From Octopus bimaculoides (taxonomy: Eukaryota): DNA of 43,153 nt. The stretch lies in NCBI RefSeq assembly GCF_001194135.2, contig NC_068981.1:43456156-43499308 (forward strand), given 5' to 3'. The notes under the pieces are model-generated. The model was not told the origin of the DNA and searched no databases. It worked only from the letters and a program-made list of their open reading frames with translations. Below, piece after piece: positions 22,810 to 33,999 of the stretch (position 1 is the first letter of the stretch; each line of letters begins with the position of its first letter). Both the position numbers and the translations under genes were made by a program.

Positions 22810-25028
22810 CTGAAAGATGAAAGACATGATTTTCAGAGAAAAATTATTCTTTCTGTGTTCTTTACCACTTCCTTTCTTTTCTTTTCATATCTTCTGATAT
22901 CTTTCAATGGTTCTTGTATGAAAACATCATAATTATGCCATTTGATTAGTGCTGACAATTCCTCTTTTCATACTGAATTCCTATTGCATTGCAACCATTA
23001 TAACAATAGCAACAACCATAACTATATCAACACCATCAACTATTTGAGGTTACAGTAGAAATAATATAAGAAAATATTCTCTGAGGCTAAATAGAAATGT
23101 TCATGATAGGTGCAGGTAAGTGAAGCAGGTGGCATGGAGCTTAACTAAGTTAAAATAATATGAGGCTTGAAATGATTTGAATTGCTTTTAATCAAAGCTT
23201 GAACAACATTGTTTTCATATGTAAACTTGACAAACAGCGTGAAAAAAGGAGAGAGATAGAATGAGAGAGAGAGTAAGGTGAGGAGAAATACATAGAAAGA
23301 GATTACAAAACTCCTTAATGAACGAACCCAGGGAAACTGAACCAATCAACATTGGCTATGACTACTGCACTCACATATTATGCTGCAATCATTCCTAAAA
23401 CTGCCAGTTAAAATAAAAACAGTCAGTGAAACAAACAAGAGAGAACATGTCTTGACTATTCTTGACATATATAAACATAGCATGAAATAGGCAGAAATAG
23501 GAAACAGATCCATAACTTATTAAAATACATTATGAGCAATGTGTTGGATCAATAGGTCAAACTAAATAAAAGACAGAAACAGTTATAGGTCTGCTTGACT
23601 CACAGCTTGCTATGATGATTCAATAAAATCAAGAAGAACCACAGTGGCTGGAATAATAATATTCTACTATGGCAGTCAGTTCAGACTTTAGGCTCCAAAC
23701 ACATCAAAGGTTATTGAGAAGTCTTAGGTTTTACCACCTCGCATATGCATACAAAAATTCTGATTCTATTATGATACAAAATATCAGTGAAGCTCAAGTA
23801 TAAGTAAATAAATAAATATATCAGTGAATATATCAATAGCAGTGAGGGCACTGCATTATCTATTAATAAACTGCAGCTTACAACACCCTGTTTAACATTG
23901 AAGTAAACAGAATCAAACAAACCGTTGTCAATAACTTTAGCTGATGAAACCATAAAGCAAGTGGTTATGAAAGAAAAACAGATGGGAAGGAAACCTCAAT
24001 AACAAAGAGAGCAGCATGCCCAGAGGCATGCATGCAATATATTAACAAGATCAAATGTATCCCCCAATGTAAAACAAAAAAGAATAAAGCATTTTCTATA
24101 AGAGAATCTGCAAACAGAAAAATCCAAATGCATAAATAGTGATGCTCAACCTAAATTAATCACGTTTCAAAAGTAACAATAGAAGGAAAACATCTTAAAC
24201 ACTACAATAATTTTAAACAAAATGGTGGCAGTGGGTAAAAAAAAATGAAAAAAAAAAAATCTTCTGATCTAAATTATCACACACACACACACACACACTC
24301 ACACAGCAGTGAATGGAATGTTGAATATGACAGACAAGAGATTTACATCAAGAAAATACACATTTTTTTCTCTTTTATTTTTTTTATCCCTTTTAAATGT
24401 CCAAACTCTTAAAAATTTGATCACGAAAGTTGCTAAGTCATCATGCTTGGCAATAAAATCGTAAATATTTTTCAAACCACAATTTCTACTGACAACAATA
24501 AACTTTCTACTTTTAGTTATTCTAATTTCAAAAGAGTAAAACAGTTGTAGTTGTTGAGATAAGAGAAGCAGTTACATATTTACAGTCTATATAACTGAAA
24601 AATGTGAGATATGTGAGAAAAAAATTACTTTTCATTTTATACAGCACATACACATGACAGTCAGTTAGCCAACAGACTTTATATTACCTAAGATGAAACA
24701 AAAAGCTAGATCAATTTAATTCTGACATGTCTGAGAGTCCACTACACACAGGTTGTCATGAATTAAGGAAATCATTCTGAAAAGTAAGATGTTTCTCAGT
24801 ATAAATTAGCACTAAATATTTTTAGGCTGAAGTGTATGAGAGAAGATAGGTGTGGAAAATACAAAATATCTCAGAGATAGCAATCCTTTATATAACAATG
24901 TTTACTACATTTCAACAATACAGAATTAACGACATTAATGAATATGGAAGGGAAATGGATATCCGTATGGTTAATCCTTAAGGAAGTAATATGCTAGAAC
25001 TTGAGAGGTGGAGGAGGTAGACACTTAC

Positions 25029-25158
25029 CATAGCAAGACTTTACATAATAATGGAATTGGTGAGAGATTTGGTGTTGGGTTGAGGTGCATAGGAAAACAG
25101 AATGTAGTATTTGATGGCAAAGGAAAAAGAAGTAGAAAAAGATGATAGATGGAGTAAT
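25029..25158 (-). other. Candidate 130-nt exon
   Basis: tttgttttttgtttttttctag | 130 nt | gtaagt; two frames open, no recognisable product. Confidence 0.35.
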
Positions 25159-25779
25159 CTAGAAAAAAACAAAAAACAAACTAAGACTTAGGGGACTGCT
25201 AATTCTAATGAAAAAGATGTAGCATTTCAAAATGAGTCCAAATAAACAAGGATGTCATTAGAAAAAGACTGTTTGAAATACCACACTATTTCCCTGTGAT
25301 AATTAAAAGAGAAAAGCTTAGATGTATTACAGTGATAAGCATCTAATTAATATACTACTCCAGAGACTTTCAGATATCCAAGAAGGTGATCAGATATCAA
25401 GAAATAGAAATTTTACAACCACCTTTCACACACACATTCACAAACATACATTAGCTAACAAAATGTTTGAAACAAGCTCTATTGTTAATAAATGCTTTTT
25501 ATGTAAAATACATTAAATAATCTCAGTAAAGTTATACAACATACATACACATGCACATACACACACACACAGTGGGTACTGCACATGGTCATGAGTCAAT
25601 AGCTTAGAGTTTGTTCAGTGGACAATGGACACATTAGTGGCAGAAGTCCTTATGTTGCACATGATGGTTTTGAATACAATTGTGAGTGCATGACCTCATG
25701 GGTGACCATGTAACTATAGATTGTAGGTGTGTTACTGAATATACTATGCCACAACCTGATGCCAAAGTCATAGCAGCAC

Positions 25780-26055
25780 CGTAACCATGGCCTATGCCAG
25801 TGTAGCATAACCAGCCCATTGAAGAGTACGCTTCCATCATTGGGCAATAAACTGCGCTTGTGAAGACCTGTTGAGTCAAGTGAAGTCATTGTCATGGCCG
25901 ATGACAACACTGCCTGATTGGCACCCAGGCTGGTGGCACGTAAAAAGCAACATTCTAGCATGGTTGATGCCAGTGCCACCTAACTGGCTGCCATGCCAGT
26001 GACATATAAAAAGCACCATTTGAGTGTGATCATTGCCAGTGCTGCCTGACTGGCT
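25780..26055 (+). mobile_element. RTE-family 3' UTR sub-repeat segment
   Basis: gccagtgc..cctgactggct..gtg..ggtggcacgtaaaaagcacc units as at 28870-29100. Confidence 0.7.
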
Positions 26056-26059
26056 CCTG

Positions 26060-27135
26060 TGTCAAGAATCATCGCAGAGATGCTTAAAATATATGGCGGT
26101 GTTGGCTATAGTCAATCAGGTGATATATGAAAGAGTCATACCCGATGACTGATATAGCAGCACCATAGCCAAGTGTTACAAAGTTAAAGGTGATGCTTTA
26201 GATAGGAATAATTACAGAGGTATCATGTTGTTGGATCAGGCAATGAAAGTCATGGAGAGGGTCATACCCCAACTAATTAGGGAGAGAGTCAGTCTGGATG
26301 AGATGCAGTTTGGGTTTGTGCCAAAGAAAAGCACCACTGATGCTATATTTCTGGTAAGACAGCTGCAGGAGAAATACCTAGCCAACAATAAATCTCTGTA
26401 CCTGGCTTTTGCTGACATGGAGAAAACCTTTGACAAGGTCCCCCGATCCCTTATCTGGTGGTCAGTGCAGAAGCTAAAGATAGATAAGTGGTTAGTGAGA
26501 GCTGTACAAGCAATGTAATGGGATGCTGTCAGTAAGGTGAGGGTTGGAAACAATTATAGTAAAGAATTCCAGTTAGGAGTAAGGGTCCACTAAGGATCAG
26601 TTCTCAGCCCCCTCTTATTCATCATAGTCCTCCAGGCAATAACAGAGGAATTCAAGACAGGATGCCAAAGGACTTCTCTATACTGATGACCTTGCTCTAA
26701 TAGCTGAGTCACTATCAGAACTAGAGGAGAAGTTTCAGGTGTGGAAGCAAGGTTTAGAATCAAAGGGCCTTAGAGTTAATCTAGCAAAAAGCAAAGTCTT
26801 AATAAGAAGGCAGACAAACCACAAATCCCTTCAGGTAGATGGCTCTGCTAGATCTGTGGAAAAGGCGTAAGTAGAAACTCCATAAGATGTACCCAGTGTA
26901 AGCTATTGACACATAAGAGGTGCAGCAATATCAAAGGAAGGCTAACTGAGAAGAAAGTTTTTCTGTGTGGCAAATGCTCAGGGGCAATAAACACTGAAAA
27001 TGGTCAGAAAACAGCTTCCATCACATTCCAGGGGAAAAAACTACAAGTTGTTGATAACTTCCATTACCTAGGTCACCAACTCAGTAGCGAGGGTAGATGC
27101 TGTGAGAGTGTAGCTGCAAAAATAAGCATCCTCTT
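26060..27135 (+). mobile_element. RTE-type LINE reverse transcriptase fragment
   Basis: ORF 26225-26518 (QFGFVP.KSTTDAIF..RQLQEKY...DMEKTFDKVPR), GSVLSPLLF, LLYTDDL, FHYLG. Confidence 0.9.
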
Positions 27136-27139
27136 GTAA

Positions 27140-27420
27140 AGTTGTACTGGCATGTGGTGCATCTTTGTTTGGCAGTGCTTCTCCCCTGCTTGTTGATTTT
27201 TGCAATGATGGAAACAAAGGAACAGCGTGCTTCCATGAAATTTTGTTTTCTTCTGGAGAAAATAGCAGCCATATCAGTTGTCATGCTTCAAACAAGGACG
27301 CTGCGATGAGTGAAACTCAAGTTTACATGAGGGTTTCCATGCTTTAGGAATGGTCACTTTTTGCTGGAAGACCAACCTCGTCCAGGACCACTGTCAACTT
27401 CCCAAATGAATGAAAGCATC
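27140..27420 (+). mobile_element. Tc1/mariner transposase N-terminal HTH fragment
   Basis: METKEQRASMKFCFLLEK...MLQT.../KDAAMSETQVY.../LEDQPRPGPLSTS from ATG 27208, frameshifted. Confidence 0.8.
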
Positions 27421-27424
27421 ATAC

Positions 27425-27530
27425 GTTTAAAGCAAAATTGTGTACTCATTTTATTATTTTACTTGTGTGGACCCTCAAAAAATTTATTTAGACCCCCAGG
27501 GGTCATGTGGACCCCAGTTGAGAACCACTG
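27425..27530 (-). mobile_element. hAT (Charlie-like) terminus
   Basis: Reverse complement of 27517-27530 is CAGTGGTTCTCAAC. Confidence 0.65.
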
Positions 27531-27871
27531 GTCTAGACTTACTAACAATATAATTTCAACTGAATAAGGAACCCCACAAACTCAGTGTTCATTCATGCAT
27601 ATCTTATTTTATAGCACAATTCAATAATCAACACTGCTCATTAAAAATCAGTGAAAACCACTTTTACATCCCTTCCCCAGATACATGACAAAGTTAACTT
27701 AAGAAGTCATTAGAAAATGAGCATAAAGATTTTACTTTTCATAATTTTAACCAGTTTTGTTTGAATAAAACGCTCTGTACAAAATGTGTAAACACACAGA
27801 TATGCATATAAAAGAATATGTATTTGTAGCAAGATGAACACTACATATGTTTATAAAACATGTCTACTTAC

Positions 27872-27897
27872 ACCTTGATTTGAAAACAATGAAGCAC
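27872..27897 (-). other. Candidate 26-nt microexon
   Basis: tttacatttatgcag | 26 nt | gtaagt. Confidence 0.25.
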
Positions 27898-28401
27898 CTG
27901 CATAAATGTAAACTTTTCTTTCTAAATTTTGCAAAATATCATTGCAGAAATCAGAGTTTCTTGTTATAATATAATTACTTTGATCATATGAGTGTAGTTA
28001 TGAAATCAGAAAAAGTCTTTTTTATATACTATTTTTATTCTTTTATTTCTTGTTTAGTTCCTTAGTCTAATTTTTTACTTCATTCCATTCATTGCAAATT
28101 TTCTTCTGATTGCATAATACAAAAATTTTTCTTATCGTTTGTTTTTGCATATTTTATGTAATTAGATAACATAAGGTTTTCAACTGTGTTAATCCTAATT
28201 ATTCTAACAAAGGATCTAAACATTTGTCATCTTCAAAGATCCTTAATAGTAAAAAAAAAAAAAAAAGAAGAGAAACAAGATCACAACACCTCCAAGTTTA
28301 AGAGAAGAGAAAAATCACAAAACTAGGCTTCAGCAACAAGAAATCTGATACCCATTTTCTTATTGAATTATTTTACAAGGAAGAAATGCATCTAAACATA
28401 C

Positions 28402-28454
28402 CTTGTCAAAATAAAAATACTTAAAATAATCTGGATCTTTTGTATGGCTTGTTC
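28402..28454 (-). other. Candidate 53-nt exon
   Basis: ttttttttgttggataaatttcag | 53 nt | gtatgt; reads (G)TSHTKDPDYFKYFYFDK in one frame. Confidence 0.3.
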
Positions 28455-28787
28455 CTGAAATTTATCCAACAAAAAAAAAATTCTTGTTTTGAGAAAACCA
28501 TTTATAGAAGACTTTGCATAGGAAAATATTTTAATTACTTCCACAATCTTATCTCATTTGATAAATTATGATTTTCCATTGAAGGTATAATGAGAAGACC
28601 ACACGAAAATTCCGGAGGAGACTGCTTGCAGCCAATAAAGAGAAAATGGATGTGATGGCATGATCAAGTGAAAATATTTTAACTGTCATGGTAGTAGAAT
28701 GAGAATTCTCTGCAGTGACTGTATCATTACTTAATATTTCTCATTCCCTATATGTAGGGAGCAAGACAGTCAACAAAATGATCTTGG

Positions 28788-28818
<31 letters not shown>

Positions 28819-28821
<3 letters not shown>

Positions 28822-29262
28822 CTACTGACCGAGACCTTTGGAAATGTGCTGAGCGTGAGAAGACCCGGCAAGCCAAGTAAGATCGTTGCCAGTGCCCCTG
28901 GACTGGCTCTTGTGCGGGTGGCACATGAGATGCACCATTTTGAGCGTGGCCGTTGCCAGTACTGCCTGACTGGCTCCCGTAGGATTTTCGAGTGAGATCG
29001 TTGCCAGTGCCCCTGGACTGGCTTGTGTGGGTGGCACATAAAAGACACCATTTCGAGCGTGGCCGTTTTCGTGCGGGTGACACGTAAAAGCACCCACTAC
29101 ACTCTGAGTGGTTGGCGTTAGGAAGGGCATCCAGCTGTAGAAACTCTGCCAAATTAGATTGGAGCCTGGTGTTGCCATCCGGTTTCACCAGTCCTCAGCC
29201 AAATCGTCCAACCCATGCTAGCATGGAAAGCGGACGTTAAACGATGATGATGATGATGATGA
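28819..29262 (+). mobile_element. Young RTE-family 3' end within a (TA)n tract
   Basis: Last codons MTTDRDLWKC.....RQAK*, tandem UTR sub-repeats, (GAT)n tail, (TA)n on both sides. Confidence 0.85.
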
Positions 29263-29929
29263 TATATATATGTACACATGTTTAATCCAGTAAGTGTAGT
29301 TAAGCTTCATGCTTTAAAAGTTTGAGTTTTTAAGGTAAGGTAAAATATGTTAAGAAACATTACATAAGAGATATAACCTTCTCAATCAATCACACACATA
29401 CATACACGCCCAATATTCTGTTATATATATACATATAAACAGAAGAATTGGTGCATGGTTGGAGAGATAGATATACTGACAAAAGAAACAGATTTTCTTT
29501 TTATGAGGAGAAATAATACATAGGTATTAACTAAGATGAAAATAAGAGAGTAAAACTAAACAAAAGAAGAGAACATAAAATGTAGAGAGAGAGGATAAAA
29601 TATAGATTAAGATGTACAAAGAGAGAACGATATAGGTATGAGAGGCGGGTGTCTCTACAATAAAATTTGAAAGAAAGATTGTAAATGTTCAACGAAACTA
29701 CTTATAAAGGAAAGAGATGGAGAGAGGGTTAGACAGATGACATGCTGAAAAAAAAAAGCAAGAAGGAAAACAGCAAGAAGAGAAGAATTGAGCATGAAAA
29801 AATGTCTAAAAATGTAATATTATATAACTAGAATCACGAAGTGTTAAGGAAATCCATTTAGAAGTAGTTCCATCCTGAATAAAATTGGTAAAATGAAACA
29901 AGTAACAAATAAACAAAATAACAGTGATG

Positions 29930-30395
29930 GTGATAGTGATGATGATGATGACGATGATGATGACGATGATGATAGTGTTCACACATTCTCTACAAACATA
30001 ACTACCCTAAAACATAACAAGAAAGTCCAGGTTAAAAAAAAAAAATTTGAAAACAAAACTATCTTATGGCTTATTGCGTTATCATCAGCCAAGAATGCTA
30101 TGCTTAATTCAATGTGGCAAATGAGGAAGAACGCTAATACATGCAGCTCCATCATTATCATGCTACTGCTGCTGCGACAACGATGATGACAATGATTGCG
30201 ATGACGATGAAGACCACCACCACCACCACCACTACTACTGCTACTACTACTACTATGATCACCATCACAACTACTATGACCATCAGATCACCACCAATAT
30301 GACAACCACCACCACCACCACCACCATGATGATGACAGTTACCACTGCTTTTACTGCCATCACTACAACCACTACCACCACCACCACCACCACTG
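29930..30395. repeat. Compound trinucleotide repeats (GAT, ACC, ACT, GAC)
   Basis: Direct reading. Confidence 0.9.
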
Positions 30396-30744
30396 TTCAG
30401 TATTCTGAACATAACATTCTGTGTGTGTGTATCATTTTTTTTATTCTCGCCTGTTATTGGAACCCTTATACATTTTATAATGAAGTATGATACGTACGTG
30501 GGGGAGGGGTGCAAACCTGTATTAGGGATCCAGTGTCATGGCTCTATTGTATCATTCATATTGTGCCATATCATTTCCTTTTCATTTTATTTTGTGATAG
30601 CTTGTAACTTAGTTATGTTTCTGGAGCAGAGGTAATTGTTTAATGTTCAATGTAAACCATAGGAGGAAAATTTAAACCCACTGAAAATCAACTGTTCTAC
30701 ATTATATATATATACAAAAATCATTTCTCTCTTTTCTCACTATT

Positions 30745-30892
30745 TGTTTAACGTCTGCTTTCCATGCTGGCATGGGTTGGATGGTTTGACTGAGGACTCG
30801 CAAGCCAGGAGGTTGCACCAGGCTCCAATCTGATCTGGCAAGGTTTCTACAGCTAGATGCCCTTCCTAATGCCAACCACTCAGAAAGTGTAG
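30745..30892 (-). mobile_element. RTE-family 3' tail abutting the mariner
   Basis: tttaacgtctgctttccatgc...ttcctaatgccaaccactc. Confidence 0.8.
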
Positions 30893-31447
30893 CAGGAGCT
30901 TTTTCAGACAATTCATGAGGCATCCATTTTCCAAATTTAGGAACCTTTTCAAGTCGTTGAAGATGATGATGAACAGTTGTATGGTTTGAACTAAGCTTTA
31001 TTGCCAATTTTTCAACTGATAATTCAGAATTTTCTTCAAATAATGCCTCAAGGACCTTTTCATCAAACTCAACTGGATGTCTTGTTCGATCTTCATCTTC
31101 AAGGCTGAAATCTCCACGTCTGAATTTTGCAAACCGTCTTCTGCAAGTTCTTTCATTCAAGCATTCTTTTCCATAAACTGAGTGTATGTTTCAAGTCTCT
31201 TTGGCTGCAGAGTTTCTTCTTGTACTCATAAAGCATTATGTGCCTCAAATGCTCTTTGGATGTTAGAAAGGGTTTTAATCAAAGAAATTTCAATTCTACC
31301 ATTCTGTAAAATAATATTTAATTAGTTTAAATGTACACAAATGCATAAAAATAATTTTTAATTCCATTAGACATTCTAAAGTACTATTAAATTTCATTCA
31401 ATTTTAAAAAAGGTAAAATTGGACAGAAATTATGGGATGACCTGATA
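30893..31447 (-). mobile_element. Mariner 5' half with TIR and TA target site
   Basis: ORF 30702-31160 RTCRRRFAKFRRGDFSLEDEDR..HPVEFD...GKWMPHELSE (WVPHEL motif); terminus TA|tcaggtcatcccataa. Confidence 0.9.
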
Positions 31448-31799
31448 TTACAGATATATAGGAAAAATTAATTGAACCAATTCTGAATGTTGTAGCAACA
31501 AACTAAAAACAGAATATGAAGGTGTGATGAACCAAATTCATATGGCATTCCAAAGGGTCCAACATGTTACTCTACTTTGGTTTCATCCTCCAAATCTGGG
31601 ACCCTAGATGCTCCAAAACAGATCTCAATTTAAGCTATTCACTGCTTTGGGAAGCTAGAGCTGTTATTTTATTCACACTCAATCCAATTTAGTTTGAAGT
31701 TGTTGTAGAGTATAATGTACACCAAGAACTATATGACTGGCCAGACGTTGTAATCCAGAGTAATCAATTTGAAGCTGAAGGAATTGTTAGTAGAAACAG

Positions 31800-32900
31800 T
31801 GAAGAATGCACTTGGAAAACTTTAATGCTTATTTGATTAAAGGAATTACAGAAGAGAATTCTTCTGCTTATGTATTTGAAAATCTTGGAACAACAAACTG
31901 TGGGAGATGAATTCACAATATTAATTTTTGAAGAATTTTTATGTATTGTTTTAGAATTCTTAAAAAACATTTTGAAGTATAAATTTCCTGGTTCTAACAA
32001 TATTCATTGTCTCAAAGTTGCATTTGTCTGAAAAAAACTGGTGCTATACTGTTCATTAAATTTTTAGAATCCAGTTTCTGTTGACATGGATTCTGTTTTT
32101 AACCAGATTTCACCAACAAACTGACAAATATATTTCCGACTGGTTTATCATTTGGAATGAAACTCCAAGGTGTAGGCATAAAGTTATTGCTCACACATTT
32201 TGTGAAATTTTGTAGGATGATTCATTTAGTTAAATGATCATGGTGTTTTAGGTAATTATTTTTGACGAATATTTATTTTCTTAAAGAAAGTTGGTAGGAA
32301 AGTTAGTAGAGCTATTTTTGTGAATATACAACCCATTCTTTAATCTAGAAGAGACTGACAAAACTAAAACTTACCATGAACATACAACTTTAACATTATG
32401 AGGATTGTGATTGGGCTGATTTTCTGCTTCATATTGGTGAAAAAAGAAGGCAAGTGAAATCTGCCAGTTGTGTAAAACTTCCAAATGATGTCAAATATGT
32501 GCTAATCAGCAGTAAAGGATAAATCAATTTCCTGGTAGCATAATAGATCCTGCAAATTTCATAGATTAGGTAATGCTATCTATAAGAGTGATGCTAAAAT
32601 TGTTTGGACCAATTCACTGAACTTCTTCATGAGATCTCTTGAGGATTACTTTTTACTGATGCATGTCACAGCAAGTTACCTCAGAATTGGTATTTTACTG
32701 CTGTTTGGAGTCTATAAGTAAATAAGTTTTCAATATATTTTATTGAGAGATAGTTACTATAAAAACATTGATACATGCAACAATGAAGACATGCAGGAGA
32801 ATGTGGTGTTATTAACAGACAACAATCCTATTTGAATTGATAGTACCACGCTAATACTTGGGAAAATCATATTTTGCATGAATTAAAACACAGAATTCAC
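31800..32900 (+). mobile_element. Helitron PIF1-like helicase relic
   Basis: TVH.IFRI, IIWNETP (LIIWDEAP-like Walker B, 32147), KLKLTMNI (L..NMR-like), WADFLLHIGE (32400-32441) in the expected order, with many stops and frameshifts. Confidence 0.65.
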
Positions 32901-33999
32901 TGAATGCTAACAAGTAAAGACTTTTATCAAGAAAAAAATTTATTAGCTCTTTTTTCTGTATACTTTTAGATCCTTCACAATTGTTTGCCATGTGATACAC
33001 TCTAACGTTGGCTGTTATTATTATCTCTATTTAGGGTGGGGAATTATCAAAATCATTAAAGATGAAATATGTTTTGCAATATTTTGCTTGGCACTTGCCA
33101 CTCTTACTTCAAATCTCACTATGGTGAACTTTGCTTTTCATTCTCCTGAGGTCAATAAAATAAAGTATAAGTTAGTTGATTTCAGGCCCTTACCTGTACC
33201 AGTGTATCTGTCATGTAAATATTTTGTATACTTTTATAACCAATCTAATTTGATATAACTTTAACTTATCATTACAGTTAGTTAAGTGAGGTTGGGTATT
33301 GATAAATTAGTGTGCTATGAAAATATACACAGTGTGTGTTCTTGATAATATACGACTGTAGGCTCTTTTGACCGAATTAAAAAAGCTTTTCTTCAGACTA
33401 GTTTATAATTATTTGTTACTTCATTAAAGCAAAAAAATATACTGCACAAGAATATGAAGATTTATTTTTAAAGAGTTTTTTTCTTGCGATTTTTTAACAT
33501 AATTTTTTACATGGGATTGATGCTGGCAATTTCAGTTTACAACATAATTGAGTTAAAACAGATGGAAGGGCTTTCTTTAGAGTTTAGAGTTTATATCTAT
33601 CTACTTTTTTGAAGCCAAGCCTGCTTGTATTCAGTGATTTCTGTGTTTTAATTTGATATGTTTCCTCAAGCTAGAATTATGTAGACATCCCTGTATTGTA
33701 AACTTTTATCTGATTTTATTAACAGTTCTCTCATAATTGGAAAGTGGAACACTAATGATAGCAGACAATATAATAAAGGTTAAAAGTGACTCATGTTAAA
33801 GAATAATAATGTAGTATGCAAGTAACACAATATCTGTAATCAGCTCTAGCACATGAGAAAGCATAAAAGACCACTAATAATTGTGCAAACTAAATTTAAT
33901 TTCAAAAGGCTCAAAATATAGAAATTAAAGAATTTGAAATTAAATATAATGTACGAATACCATATCACATCAGTATTTGATCAGTAAGTCAGCATATTG

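Noticed and set aside
23711-23953. ORF with NVKQGVV resembling the RT GV.QG motif
   Set aside because: A single weak motif with no flanking RT motifs.
24646-24783. Plus-strand exon with strong acceptor and GTAAGA donor
   Set aside because: Stops in all three frames and no supporting neighbours.
28870-29100. CRISPR-like repeat-spacer array
   Set aside because: Degenerate tandem UTR modules of a eukaryotic LINE; no unique spacers or cas genes.
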